Below are positions 20,526-37,945 of a stretch of DNA of 64,000 nucleotides, in pieces. The notes under the pieces were generated by a model that was not told where the DNA came from, ran no database searches, and saw nothing but the letters and a program-made list of their open reading frames with translations. This DNA comes from the human T2T-CHM13v2.0 reference genome, Homo sapiens. The translations under genes and the position numbers were made by a program. The DNA lies in assembly GCF_009914755.1 (NCBI RefSeq), contig NC_060930.1; one strand, given 5' to 3'. Every line of letters begins with the position of its first letter. Positions within the stretch are counted from its first letter, which is position 1.

Positions 20526-20995
20526 TGTCAGCCTAAATAACAAACAAGAGAGCGGCTCTCAAAAATAATATTTATTTGGGAGCAAAGCATTGCAGTGGGA
20601 ATAGGCATTCCACAGTAAGCTCTGTGCGTAGTCAGGGCGGTAAAGGAAGACAAAGGTTTTTAAAGGAAAAATGAAGAGGATTACATAATTGCTTTGAGAT
20701 AATTATTTTTGGCTACAAGGATCAATAACAAGGGTGATGCCAATTTGAGGTTGGACTGGCAGTGGCTGGGCAGGTGTTGTTGCAGGAGTATTTTTTGTAT
20801 GTAAGGTGGTGACGGCCTTTATGCAACGTTGTGGTTTTTGTAGAGTCTTTTGTGATAGTTTTTGTTACTAGGCATTTATGCGTAAGTGCATAAGACTCCT
20901 CTTCATGGCCTTCCCCAACCTATTTGTCAGGACTTTTTTTTTTTTTTTTTTTTTTTAACACAAGTGACTCCACTTTGATTCTGATAATTTTCCCA
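20526..20995 (-). mobile_element. 3' LTR (MER65-like)
   Basis: TG...CA termini; homologous to 27359-28072; abuts the PPT. Confidence 0.8.
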
Positions 20996-21212
20996 TTCCC
21001 TCTTTTGATCAAGATCTTTCTCCAAAAGCATCACTGATCAATCATCCTGTAGTTAGGTTTTGATGTCCCTCCGTGCTTGGATGGACCTGTCTTGGGTTGC
21101 TGGTCTGGTCCCATGTTGGAGGGCGTGAATAGTGGCCAGGAGTCAGTGTCAAAACCCTTTCAGCCACATTTGGGCAACAAGGGAGCTTTGAAGGGACTGG
21201 CTGTGAGGCTAA

Positions 21213-21341
<129 letters not shown>

Positions 21342-21422
21342 TAAAATGTATCTAGTTTCAGCTGGGCGCGGTGGCCCATGCCTGTAATCCCAGCACTTTG
21401 GGAGGCCGTGGCTGGCGGATCA

Positions 21423-21665
<243 letters not shown>

Positions 21666-24600
21666 TCATCTTACAGGTCTTAGGAACAGAGTAGTCCCCA
21701 ATTTTAGTAATTTCATGGAACAAAGTTGGATTGGAGAAATCTAGAAGAATTCAGGACCTAGCCTAGTCTACAGGCAAATAACTAGAACTTGAAGCTAATG
21801 CACAGAGCTACCATTTATAGTTTTTATAGTGTATTATAGCACTCCAGCCTGGGTGAGAGTGAGACTCTGTCTCAGGAAAAAAAAAAAAAAAAAAAGAACC
21901 AATAAAGTTTTAAATAAAAATCATACAAACATTATCTTTATCAATTCCTTTTTTTTTTTTTTTAGACAGAGTTTCTCTCTGTTGCCAAGCTGGAGTGCAG
22001 TGGTGCAATCTCGGCTCACTGCAAATTCCAACTCCTGGTTCAAGCGATTCTCCTGCCTCAGCCTCCCGAGTAGCTGGGACTGCAGGCATGCACCACCACA
22101 TCCAGCTAATTTTTTTGTGTTTTTAGTAGAGACGGGGTTTCACCATGTTGGCCAGGAGGGTCTCAATCTCCTGACCTCGTGATCCGCCTGCCTCGGCCTC
22201 CCAAAGTGCTGGGATTACAGGTGTGAGCCACTGTGCCCGGCTCAATTATTTAATTTTATGCAATTAATTTTTGTTCTGCTTGATCTGAATTAGCAGTTTC
22301 ATAAACCTGTCAGTTTATTTATTAGAGTTGTGGGAATTTTATTTAATCCACTGGTCCTACAGTTACTAGAAACGTGTTCAAGAGTACTTGTTAGGGTCTT
22401 TTCCATGAAAAGCCATTTTGGAGTATAGCTAATTGTAAATGTTTTAAGGGACAAATCAAAACAATAACTGTGGATGACAAAACACAGGATAGCCAGGGTT
22501 AAGAACCTGACAAACATTTATTATAATCGGGAATTGCCAAGGAAATGTAGTTATTTCTATTACACACAATGTTTTAAGATGGCAACCAGAATCATGACTG
22601 ACAGCATCACATCAGGACCATTCGACTTTTACAAATTTTACATAATCTTTAAGATACATCAATAACATATCTCTAAAAATATAGCTTTAAAGTAGATTTA
22701 ACATAACACGTAAAATATGATTGATAATGTATTATCTAATTTTTGAAACATTTGTATTGATAACATATCCATAAATGTAATTGAAAGAAGAGCTGCTATC
22801 ACTGATCACCTGACAAAGTTTCCTATGGAGCAAGTAAGCCTAATCATTTCCTATCACTATGAGATGATATGACAGATACAGTTTTTATGCTCTCCAGGGG
22901 CCTAACTGGTAAATTCCCAAGTTAATTTTAGGTCAAAAGATTTAATTTAGAATTTTGATCCTGGGGAGGCCTGCCAAAGATGTCAAAAAGTTTACAGTCC
23001 TTGCTCAAGACAGGATCACAGCTCACCGTGAAATAATAGTTATTTAAGCAGAGTGGTAATCGAAAGATTTTAAAAGCAATACAGAAAGGCATGCGAAATT
23101 AAAAAAGCTTAACCCTTTTAAAGTTCAGTTTTCCTGAGTAATCAAAAATCGAATTGAGATAACACAGGAAGTTATCCTAATAAAATATAAATCCTTTGTT
23201 TTTTTTAGGCCAGTTACCAAAAGGTGAAGAAAAACCTCCTGCAGTGTGATTGCACCTCCTGCAGTGTGATTGCTTTTCCTTATGGGAAGCCCACTTAGAT
23301 ATCTTGGAAGTTGAACCTGATGAAAGGTACTTACATTTAATCAGAAGCAGGAAGAATGTGTTCAAGATTTTGAGTATACACTATATCACAGAGGAATATA
23401 CACAAGAAAACTAATACATTGAGCGGGGAATACATGGATCTTAGAGAACGTGAGAGCCTGTGAAGTTTCCTTGTTACATAGAACAATTCAGACACATCAA
23501 GAAAAGCCAAGAGTACAGAATCAAGTTACACTGGAGGAAAAGATTGCTGCTTCAGGTCTTCAAGATAAACATTTTAGCATTGGGCCATAAGAGCAGAGTT
23601 AGAACTGAAGGGAAAAGTTACAGGAGCTGATAAAAAGGTTGAAGGAGAGAGTTATCGTCTCAGCCTTATCAGGGAAGAAAGAGCTGTAGGCAGTTATGTG
23701 TGACCTGCCAGTCATGGGCTGTGAGATGGAAACAAAGTTGAGCTTCTGAGAGATGAACCTGAGAAGCTTTAAAATGAAAACTCTACCTCAAGAAGTGAAA
23801 TTACCATTCGGAATGAAAAAACAACATTTCTGTCTTGAAACTAGAGAAATTAAGTGGCTTTCAGGAAAAAATGTGGCAGAAATAGAAACTGTCAGCCAGG
23901 CACAGGGGCTCATGCCTGTCATCCCAGCACTTTCGGAGGCTGATGCGGGAGGATCACTTGAGCCTAGTTTGAGACCAGCCTGGGCAACATGGTGAGACCC
24001 CAGTCCTGCAAAACAATTAAAAAATTAGCCGGGTGTGGTGGTGTGTGCCTGTGGTTCCAGTTACATGGGTGGCTGAGGCAGGAGGATTGTTTGAGCCTGA
24101 GAGGTCGAAGCTGCTATGAGTTGTGATTGTGCCATTGCACTCCAGCCTGGGCGACAGAGAGGGGTCCCTGTCTCCGAAAAAAAAAAAAAATTGGGAAATG
24201 AACCAGACATTTAATGAATATCTGTTGTTTAATTTAACATACCATAAAACTTTAAGATTTTAAATTACATAAAAAGCTTATTTATAAACACATATACCAT
24301 TTACATTTACAAAATTTATTTATTTTTAACAATTATACCTAGATTACTTATTAAAACTGAGATATTAGACAAAGCTAGTCATCAGTTATTTCTCTGTTAA
24401 CCATTTTTATAGCCTGTGCATATCAGGTGTTCACCTAAGAACCTTAAATATATGGTTATTTTGTCAATAACTCAGAAGATACAGCTATTTTTATTAAACC
24501 AACAATATTAAATTAGTCTTACTTATCAAAGAGTTGTACAAAAAATCATTTTATTTTAGGCTGTGTTTATAGTTTTATAATCTTTGTGCTAAACCCTAAT

Positions 24601-24784
24601 ACCTTAAAACATCTAATGAAGACCAATATAAAACTGTCTGCCACAAAACCCATGCAACAGTATATTAATATGTTGGCAATTGTGCAGACATTTTTATTTT
24701 TTTCAACAATTTAAAAGCTAGTTTATTTATTAAAGACATTCTTAAGTCACATGAACTAAAACGCATTTGGGTTAATTAATACAG

Positions 24785-25621
<837 letters not shown>

Positions 25622-27358
25622 ATTTTATATGAAAGCTCATTTAAACCAATCTGAATAGAATTTAAGGGTCTATGCTAGATCTTACCATGAAGACACAACA
25701 TAAAACATAATACACGTACATGTGTAAATGCACCGAAACAAATATCCACACACAGAAATATCTTACAGCTTTCATTTTAGAATGTTAGTCATGAGACAGT
25801 AAAAGATAATAAAACACAGCTGGATCCAAATTGTATTATTGACAAAGTTGAAACCTGTTCACATGTCTGAACTTTATTTGCCCCGATAGGTAATCTAATG
25901 AAGATGGTGGGCGAAGATTTTGGACAAAGCAGTTTGGTTTTTAAAAATCTCTTTTACTCCCACTCTTTTGCTTTTTTCAGCTTTAAATGAGTTTAGGGTT
26001 ACATTTTCAATGTTTACATTTTAGCTAGGACTGGCTGAATTATATAAGGAAAACAAACTCTCCAAAGAGCCTTGAACTAGTAACAAATGTATCTTTTGTT
26101 TGCCCATCTGGTTTGCTTGGTTAATGTGAACAGGGAAGAATGTTAGCAGGGTTTCCTTCCTGTGTTTGTTTGGCTTTTTCTTTTTGGCCCCTGTGTGGCA
26201 GAAAAAGCAATTTTATGCCAGACAGAGACACATTATATTATTGCTCTGAGCTCAAGATTTTGACTTGTTTGATCTGTGAGCCTTTTATGAAGATTTATCT
26301 AATTTTTTCTTTATCAATCCTTCAACTAACTTCCATTACCCCAAACAATTATTAGTCAGGCAAAACTAAATTAACCTTAAAAGAGATGATCCTTAGGCCT
26401 AGGTTGTTGGTTTTGGTTTAAAAAATCTTGGCTGGAATGCCATAAGCAGTGAGTTTTATCTCAACTCCAGTAGAAAAGTCAGCAGATTTAAAGTAAGCAG
26501 AAAAAAATAGAGATAGAGAATTTAGAAGACTCTACATGCTAACTGTATAGTTTCAGAGGTGTTTTTAGAGAATTCAGATAATGATCATTTGAGTTCTGAA
26601 TGTTTCATGATGTAATTTGTCTATTAGCTTAAAAATGTGCGTGAAAAGAAGCCATAATATACAGCTAGCTGGAGTCCCAGAAGACTTGAGAGAATCCCAT
26701 TGACTTGACTTGAGAATCCCATTCTGCTTTTTATTAATCTCTCAGGAGCAAAGGAAACCCTATAAATTCTGTCAGCGAATGTCAGGAGTTTGGACAATGT
26801 TTAGATGGCGGCTTTTAACTAGCCATCGTGCGCCCACCGTTTAGAATGTTTTTCTCTTGGAAGATTTTCAGAAACAAGCAAGGGAAAAAAGACGAATCAT
26901 TTATAGACACATAACTAAACCAAAATCAGTGTAGTCACAAGCTTTAACTCAGCATGCAGATCAAACAAAATATTAAATTAGACATGCAGAAAGAAGCAAA
27001 AGTAAATTAACCAGAAAAGACACGTCTCAGAGACAGAATGTCAATTCTGCAGAAACCAGAGTACTCAAACCAGCATGTCTTTCTACCAACAAGGACTTTT
27101 CAGAAAAGACAAAAAAGTCTTTTATCATCCCAGTAGGGATGTAAGGCAGCCTTATAACCAAAACGAATCCAGAATAATATGAAAAAGCTGCTACCAAAAA
27201 GAGGGAGCGTGGGCCTGAGAGAAGAGTCGCCTTGGCCAAAAAGGCAAGCTGTGCCAGCAGAGTTCAGAGGGCTCAAGTGAGTACCACACACCCGTTCTAA
27301 GAATCATCACTTCCTTCCCGTAGTGATCCTTTTCCCGATTCCATTTCTGACACATTTG

Positions 27359-28072
27359 CGTCAACCTAAATAACAAACAAAGAGGCTCTCTAAAAGAAAT
27401 GATATTTATCCAGGAATAGGGCATTGCAATGGGAATATATGTGCCATAGTGAACTATGTGCCTTTTCAGGGAGGTATAGAAAGATGAAGGTTTTTAAAGG
27501 AACAATGGGGAGGATTACATAATTGTTTTGAGTTAATTATTCTTGGCTACAAGGATCACTCACAAGGGGGATGCCAGTCTCACGTTGGACAGGCAGTTAC
27601 TGGGCAGATGTCCTCGCAAAAGTGTAAGATTGCAATGGTCTTTGTGCAAGGTTATGGTTTTTATAGTCTTTTGTTATGGTTTTTGTTATCAAGCATTTAT
27701 GCACGAGAATCCTCTTCATGGTGTTCTCTGGCTCTATTTGTCAGGATTGTTTTTGGTATTTTTTTTTGAGATGGAGTCTCGCTCTGTTGCCCAGGCTGGA
27801 GTGCAGTGACGCCATCTTGGCTCACTGTAACCTCTGCCTCCTGGGTTCAAGTGATTCTCTTGCCTCAGCCTCATGACTAGCTGGGATTACAGGCACCTGC
27901 CACCACACTCAGGTAATTTTTGTATTTTGTTGGCCAAGCTGGTCTCAAACTCCTGAGCTCAAGTGATCCGTGCTCTTCAGCCTCCCAAAGTGCTGGGATT
28001 ATAGGCATGAGCCACTGCACCTGGCCTGTTTTTAATACAAATGACTCCATTTTAATTCTGACAACTTTCACA
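27359..28072 (-). mobile_element. 5' LTR (MER65-like) with an inserted Alu (about 27760-28026)
   Basis: Homologous to 20526-20995; ends ...actttcaca; adjacent to the PBS. Confidence 0.8.
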
Positions 28073-28104
28073 GTAGCTTATCTCCAAAGGCGGTGCACCT
28101 CCTA

Positions 28105-28820
<716 letters not shown>

Positions 28821-29367
28821 TAAGTAATTATTTAGGTTATTGTTTGTTCTTGACTAGAAAAGGACAGGGACCTCATCTGTCTATTCGTGTTGTGTTTCCA
28901 GAGCTGAGAGTTGTTCCTGGCACACACACACTGCTCCATTAATGTTTGAAGAACAAATAAATGAGAAAACGAGTATGACGGGAGAAGAGGAGCTGAGGGC
29001 CATGTGGTTGTTCACATCCTTGAAGGAGTGTTGGGAGAGGGCTCATGCTGACCTGGGTGACGCTGGACAGCAAATCCAGGGAGATCTGACAGGAAGGAAT
29101 TGCCAGGAGGTAGTTTGGAGTCAAATGCACACAGTGAGGGCCAGGGGTCCTCGGGGTGGTGACAGTTTCCTCTCGCTGGAGATGCCTCAGGAGAGACCAG
29201 GCAGCTGGCACAGAGCAGGGATTTCCACATCATCTCATGCTGCTCTGGGCTGGAGGTAGATACTGGCTGCCTCTAGGCAAATGTGGCCAGCAAATGTGCT
29301 TTGTTTAGTCCCTCCCAGGGTTTAAGATATTTTTTCGAATTAGTTTCCAACATTTTAGAATCAGAAG

Positions 29368-29750
29368 TGTCGAAAGACAAAATGACAGCAAATTTAAAGA
29401 TCCTAAGTAGCTTTTCTTCATGATTCTAGAATCGGGCAGCCCTCAGAACCAACAGGTTCAAAGGACTCCGGGGCTGCAACGTGGTTAGACAACATTTATG
29501 GACAGAAAGTGGAACTGAGGCGCAGAGACAGCTTAACTGGTTACAGGTTTATGTTCTAGCTTATTTGAATCAGCTAACCACCTGCCAATGACAGAAGCTC
29601 ACTGGCTGTGATTGGCTGAGACTCAGCTGTTTGTTACAAAAGCATCCTCCTCAATTAGGGTGTCTTCTCTTTTATGTTAACTATGCCAGGCTGCAGCTCC
29701 TTATGTAAGGACTCAAGTAGGGAGGCATTCTCAGGCCTAAACATTTAACA
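29368..29750 (-). mobile_element. ERV1 solo LTR (MER57-like) with perfect 4-bp TSD GAAG
   Basis: GAAG|TGTCG...TTTAACA|GAAG; internal ctgtgattggctgagactcag (CCAAT box on the minus strand). Confidence 0.8.
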
Positions 29751-30929
29751 GAAGGTGTTGCATGAAAACGCATGTTTGGGCTGGTTGCGGTGGCTCACGT
29801 CTGTAATTTAACAGGCTCCGGGGTTGGGGACCCCTGCTCTAGCTCATAGAACTCCCTCCGACTCACCCCTTCCCGCGCCCCACGTCCCTGTGAACAGTCT
29901 GTCCCTGCAGGTACCGAGTTTCTGTTCTCCGGTCTTGTTGCTATGAAGAACCCTTTCTCTCTGCTTATGTATGAAAAGAACTTAAGAAATAATCTTTTGT
30001 TATTCCTTGAAGAGTTGCGGTTTAGGATTCAGAGCACTAATGAGATTTTGTGTAACTATTCCTTGGTGTCCTGGCTTAGGGTGTGCTTTGCTTGGTATCT
30101 CCCCCTTTTAACCCCCCTCTTCCTAATATCCACCTCACCCTCCAGATTCAGCCCAAACTCTGCATTCTGTCCCCTACCTTCTCCACTCCCCCAAGGCGAG
30201 TTAGGCACCCTTCCTCACTGTAGCACCCTGAGCTAAGGCTACCTAACTTACTGTTGGTAATTTTCTTTGCCTGTAATTTCACTGAGGGCAGGAACTGTTC
30301 CTTATTCATGTCCACGCTTTTCTGCCAATAGTAAGCCTGTTTACAGTTTAGTGAATGAATGAGGATACATTGCAAAGGAAGCTTGGAAGTCCTTTATTTA
30401 ACTCATGCAGACCGACTTTAAACCCACAGCACACGGGAACACGGGACATTTTGAGTAATGCTCCAAAGAGAATCTCAGAAATAGCCAAACCTTGGTTCTC
30501 ATCCATTCTTGATTACAGAAATGGGGAACACTGAGCCAAGATGCGAAATCAGGAAAGTGCTTTTGGTCCACTGTTCTAGCTGCAGTCTAGAAGCGGCTTG
30601 CGGGAGAAGCTACCAGAAAGAGCCCGGAAGGTTCCTGTCATCATTCGGGGTGGCAGAAGTTTGTCCTGGCTTTTAACCTTTTTTGGGGTCACAAGACCCT
30701 TAGGGAATGAATATACAGCTATAGCTCCTCTCCCTAGAAAAATGCAGACACCCATAGTGTTTTCCAGACAACTGCAGGGCATTCGTGGACTCCCGAGGCC
30801 CATCCTTACGCCCCGACACTCGGGAAGTAGGAGTGAATGAATGCGCTGTTTACCTGCCCTAGGGACAAGAGGTAAACTAAGTCATTCATTCACTCATTCC
30901 TTCTGTCTTGAGCCCCAGCTCAGGGCTAG

Positions 30930-31770
30930 CCTGGGTGCTCCCGGCCGTGGGGCTCCGCCCCCGCACGGGGGCCACGAAGGAGGGCCACCCCCCTCGCCGC
31001 GCGCCCGCGGCCCCGCTTCCACCGCGCCGCGCCCTCTTCCGCCGTGAGAGTCGCTTCCGCGCACGTGATCTCGGCGTCGCGCTCTGATGAGTTTTCCGCG
31101 GCCGGCCGCTGCTCAGCCGCTGTCGCTCCGGCTCCGGCTGCGGCTGCCGCTGCCGAGGCTGCTGCGCGGCGCCTGGCGGGCTCGGGACGCGCGGGCCGGG
31201 GCCGAGGGCTCTGGGCGCCGAGATGGAGCCGTGAGTCCCCGGCCGAGCGGGCGGGCTGGCTGGCTCTCCGGACACTCCGGCCGAAAGTTGGGGATCCCTG
31301 GCTCCCGGCGCCGTGCCGCAGGGTCCCTGGCGCCCACGTGGAACTGGGGGCAGGGAAAAGGGCGCTGAAGGGGGCTTCGCGGGCGGGTCAGGCGGAGGTG
31401 TTTGCGCGGGGTGAGAGTAGACCGGGGCCGGGGCTCCCTCCTGCCTGCCCGCCCGGCCGCGGTTAGAGACCGGGATGCGGTCGGGGTTCCGGGACGGGGC
31501 TGCGAGCCACAGCGCTCACCGGGGGGCCGAGAGAACCGGGGGCGCTGCGGCCCTTCCCCGGCGTAGGGTGGCCGCCCGCACGGAGTCCCGCCGCCTCCCG
31601 GGCAGCCTCTCCTGCCGGAAAGGCCCCGCCCCGTCGTCCCCTCGGTATCGAGAGCGCCCCGCGCTGCCCTGCGGTCTCGCCCAGCGCCGGGTGCGAGGCT
31701 CTCAGAGGCGATTGGTGACGTGGGCACCGGGGAGCCTGCCGCAACAGCCCCTTTGGACTCGGGGTGTCGA
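30930..31770. promoter_or_regulatory. CpG island / proximal TMEM181 promoter
   Basis: CpG-dense and TATA-less, with a GC box near 30954, ETS-like CTTCCG sites and E-box CACGTG at 31062-31067; spans exon 1b. Confidence 0.9.
31223..31230 (+). CDS. TMEM181: TMEM181 alternative first coding exon 1b (short isoform, MEP-)
   Basis: gagATGGAGCC|GTGAGT: strong Kozak context and a consensus phase-2 donor. CC plus the first G of exon 2 gives MEPLAPMRLY. Lies in the second CpG island. Confidence 0.9.
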
Positions 31771-33439
31771 GTTATATGAGTTTTATGCGTTTTACGATCT
31801 GCTGACTTTGGGCTTTTTTTTTTTCTTTACCTCTTTGAAGTCCAGGGTTTTTAACGAGGAAAAACCTGTTTGGGGTCTCGTGGACGCCATCCCTAAAGCT
31901 TGCTTTTGACCCAGCAGTCGCCTAGGTGTCCCCCTGGGCGCATCTGGAAAAGAAGGAGACGGAGTTAACCAGAGGGTTAGCGCCGCGTGGAGTTGCAGAA
32001 AGTCCGGGAGAAGGAGTGGCCCATATGTGCAGCCGCGCCTGGCGCAGGAGGCTTCCAGGGCCGGCTCCCTGCACTGAAGGCAGCCTCCGAGGGGCCTGGG
32101 CGCGCTTCTTGGCTTATATGCGGTTTTTGAGGCAGAAGGGTTTTGCTTTGGATCTTTGCTGATTTCTCTGGCTGTGGACGTGGTCAGAGAAGTGACACCC
32201 AGGCCTGTTGCCTCAGCGCAAGTGCCTGTGACAGAGAGATCTGTTTTTCCTTCTGCTTCCTTAGAAGTTTCTGACTTTGGTATGTTGCTTTAGCACCTCT
32301 TGGGAAACTGGAATGGCATCAAATATCAGACCTATGTGGATGTTTTAAAGATTTTAAAAGCCAAGTGGAGGTAGGTTAGCAGTATTGCCTCTGCACAACT
32401 CCAGAGGGCAAGATTCTTGTGCGGCCTATGTAAATAATACTGCTTGGAACGGTGTCTTGTGGAACTGTGGCCTTGTAGCAGAGTGACAGCTGCGTGTTAC
32501 AGGAGTTCTCTCACGCGCTGCCCCTTGGAGCTGCATAGGTGGGCTGGGTGTGCTTTTTCAGTAGGAGAGAGGCCGGGGACGTGAGGTGGTGAGGGCCTTG
32601 GCCAGGACAGGGATCTGGGTCTTCTGCCAGGGTCCTGCGCTGTTACAGGACAGGGAACTAGACCAAAGAAAGCAGTTGACCAAGGAAAGGTCCCGAGGAG
32701 GACAAGCAAAACACAGCTTGAATTTTGTGCGAGTTTGAGGCCTCCCCCTGCAGCTGTAAGCGCTTTGTGCCTCAGGCTCTGTGGAGCACTAAGAGGGTTA
32801 GGGAAGACGGAGGGGGATGAGGGTATCTGGAAATCAGCCCACCACCATCGGCCAGCATTCCAGGCACCTACCTGGAAACTGAGAAAAGTTTGGTAGCAGA
32901 TAAAATCCTCCTAAAAAACAAGCCTGAAAATCCGAAGTGCGTCCTGGACTTAGGTGACTGAGTGTTCTCTGTCCTTGTCTGGTGTGCCTGAGAGCCCAGA
33001 GGTGAGAAAGGTGAGAAAGAAGAGAAGTCCAGGGAAAGAATGGGAGAGAACAGAGCCGCTTGGAGGAGCAGGGGCAGCTCCACCACTCTGCTTACGGTGT
33101 GTAGGGGACCGTCCCCCTGCAGACCCTGGCCTTATGACCTCTGACTCTCATTCGGCCCAGCCTGCTCTTTAAAAATGTAGGAGAGATTGCCATCAAAACT
33201 CATCAGCAAAAAAGGTTAGCAGTTCTTAACAGTTTTACCTTGAACTCTCCTGCAGTCTCCATTCCTTCTCTGATGATGCTAGGGACGGGAGAGGTGCTAG
33301 GAGTCTGAGGACCGTGTGGGGCGTCTCATTTGCTAACCTGACTTGTTTGAGCTACAGGGCTGCACGGAGTTGAGACTCTCATGCTCACATGTTGCTTTGG
33401 TCTTACTTTAGCATTTCTCTGCAAATTTAAATAAGGCTG

Positions 33440-33443
<4 letters not shown>

Positions 33444-33473
<30 letters not shown>
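33444..33473. repeat. (TG)n microsatellite
   Basis: Perfect TG run. Confidence 0.95.
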
Positions 33474-33475
<2 letters not shown>

Positions 33476-33774
33476 GCTTGGCACGTGAAGCCATTTTTTA
33501 GTGTGTATTTTATGTGTCTTTTTCATCCTGGGGGCATTTCAATGTAGAAGTGTATTAATTAGAACCACCTTCGGCTAGCAGCAAAGCGTGGCACAGACAA
33601 ATTAAGTATCCTGGAGCCCTGCTGTGGTTTCAGGGTCCTGGGCCTCCTGAGTCTCCCAGTGCTTTTGAGGGCACACCAGGCTTGGGTCAGTATCCTATTC
33701 CTGCAATCATTTAATTATTTAGGACTTTGTCTCATGGAATGGTTTTTTGTTCTGACCAAAATGATCTCTAGAAA

Positions 33775-35790
<2,016 letters not shown>

Positions 35791-37390
35791 GGCATTTTGG
35801 GCTAAAGGAGAAGAGATTATTTTTATACAGATTGGAAAAATAAAAACAACAGTGTGAGAATGGGCTGGGAGATTTAAAGTCCCCGACTACTGCTCAGATC
35901 CTAATTTGTCAATTCTCATGTGGGAGATGCCGGCATGAGTTGAACAAGCAGCAGGATGTGTAGTACCAGAAGTTCTCGGTCTTACCCGCCTACCGTCGTG
36001 GTGGTTTGCGGAGACCGAGATGAAGGTGTCTCTCACACCCCTTGGGCCCCTGCTGCGGATGCTGGTGTTGCTGGGTTCTGTAGAAGTGGGAATGCTGGTG
36101 CTGGCTTCCCTCACATCTCTGTCCCTCTCGCTGCAGGACAGCAATTTGAGGTGTTCTCACGACCTCTGCTTACCCGGATTGTATCTGTTTTGTGGTTCTG
36201 TGCAGCAGTCCTAGGGCAGCTGAGTGCTTGCGGACTGCTCGCCTCCCCTGCCGTGCCCTCCTGGCCCTGCTTTCTGAACCCCTCGTGAGCCCTATGTGGG
36301 AGGGGTAGGCACTTAGTGGGCAAAGTTGTGTTGGTGCCGTGGTCCCGAGGTGCTCAGTGCATCTAGTGGGGACATGGCTTTACAGCTGGCCAGGCCTGAG
36401 CAAGCATTGTGGCCTCAAGGACCAGGTCCCAGGGAAAAGGTTTTCTGGATGGGGCTGCCAGGAACTGCTGTGCCCCAGCTACAGAAGCAGAGGGCCAAAG
36501 CCAGAGCCACAGACAGCAGGAAGAGACAACGCTGGGGGGAGAAAGTTCAATGTTGCAATTCAGTGGTTCGCTTACCATTTACCATTGCAGGGAAAATAGG
36601 AGAACATGGAGGAAAATAGAAAAAAACAGGGAAGAGTGAGTTAGTAAAAATGAGAGGCATCGAAAGTTACTGGACCTGCACCATTCCTGAGGCTCAGTGC
36701 TGGCCTCTGGGGGTGGGAGGGGAGCTGCAGGTGTGGGGAGGGTGTGGTGTGGATCCACAGTGGAGCCCCTTCAATGAAATCCTGAAAACTGGTGCAGCGT
36801 GTCCTGCGGGCGAGTGGACAGTTGCTTTCCCCCACAGAGCCTCGCGGTGGGGGCGGGGGTGGAGTGACCTGTCAGTGGCCGCAGGATGGGCAGTGCCCCA
36901 CAGCAGGGATGCCTGCTGTCTTGCCTTCTGAAAGGACAGTTCCCGGCACCTCGAGACAGGAGGTTTTCTATGCCTATGTGACTTTGTATGTTGCGTTTCC
37001 TTCTAAATTTTGTTTTATTTCTGGGGTGTGTGTACTGGTGGAGAACTTTGGATTTAGTAGAATATCTGAGGTGAATCTAAATAGATTCTTCCCAGTCTCC
37101 TGGCTTGTGTACCTGGACGGTTGGAGTTGTTGTGTCCTGAGATGGGCCAGGCCACAGGCACAGGACCAGGGGTTTGGTGTGAGGCAGGTCATGTGTGAGG
37201 TACCTGCTTGATAGCCAAACGGGCATGCCAAGTGGTTGAGTAGGGGTCTGGAGTTGAGGGGAGAGGACTGGGCTGAGGTCTAGAGCAGGCCATTGTTCAT
37301 ACCTGCATCCTCTCGCAAGCCCGAGACAGGATGAGATTACCAAGGGAGTGAGAGTAGAGAAGGGGAGGGGACAGAGAGCAGTGTGTCCCA

Positions 37391-37945
37391 GGATGATGAT
37401 GGTGAGGGAGGTGATGGGGTGAGGAAGATGATGGCGAGGAGTTGATGAGGGAGGTGATGGTGAGGGAGGTGATGGTGAGCTCCTGAGGGAGGTGATGGGG
37501 TGAAGGAGATGATGGTGAGGAGTTGAGGGAGGTGATGGGGTGGAGGGAGGTGATACGGTGAGGGAGGTGATGGTGAGGAGTTGAGGGAGGTGATGGGGTG
37601 GAGGGAGGTGATACGGTGAGGGAGGTGATGGTGAGCTCATGAGGGAGGTGATGGGGTGAGGGAGGTGATGGGGTGAAGGAGATGATGGTGAAGAGTTGAG
37701 GGAGGTGATGGGGTGAGGGAAGTGATACGGTGAGGGAGGTGATGGTGAGGAGTTGAGGGAGGTGATGGGGTGGAGGGAGGTGATACGGTGAGGGAGGTGA
37801 TGGTGAGCTCATGAGGGAGGTGATGGGGTGAGGGAGGTGATGGGGTGAAGGAGATGATGGTGAAGAGTTGAGGGAGGTGATGGGGTGAGGGAAGTGATAC
37901 GGTGAGGGAGGTGATGGTGAGGAGTTGAGGGAGGTGATGGTGAGG
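37391..37945. repeat. Purine-rich VNTR (GAGGGAGGTGATGG core) with a 172-bp higher-order duplication
   Basis: Many 15-23 nt variant units; the marker GAGCTCATGAGGG recurs at 37633 and 37805. Confidence 0.95.

Noticed and set aside
23234-23273. 20-bp perfect tandem duplication (acctcctgcagtgtgattgc x2)
   Set aside because: Real, but an ordinary slippage duplication inside a dead ERV interior.
30886-31909. Multiple 90-200 aa ORFs at the proximal CpG island
   Set aside because: GC-content artefacts with no recognisable domain.
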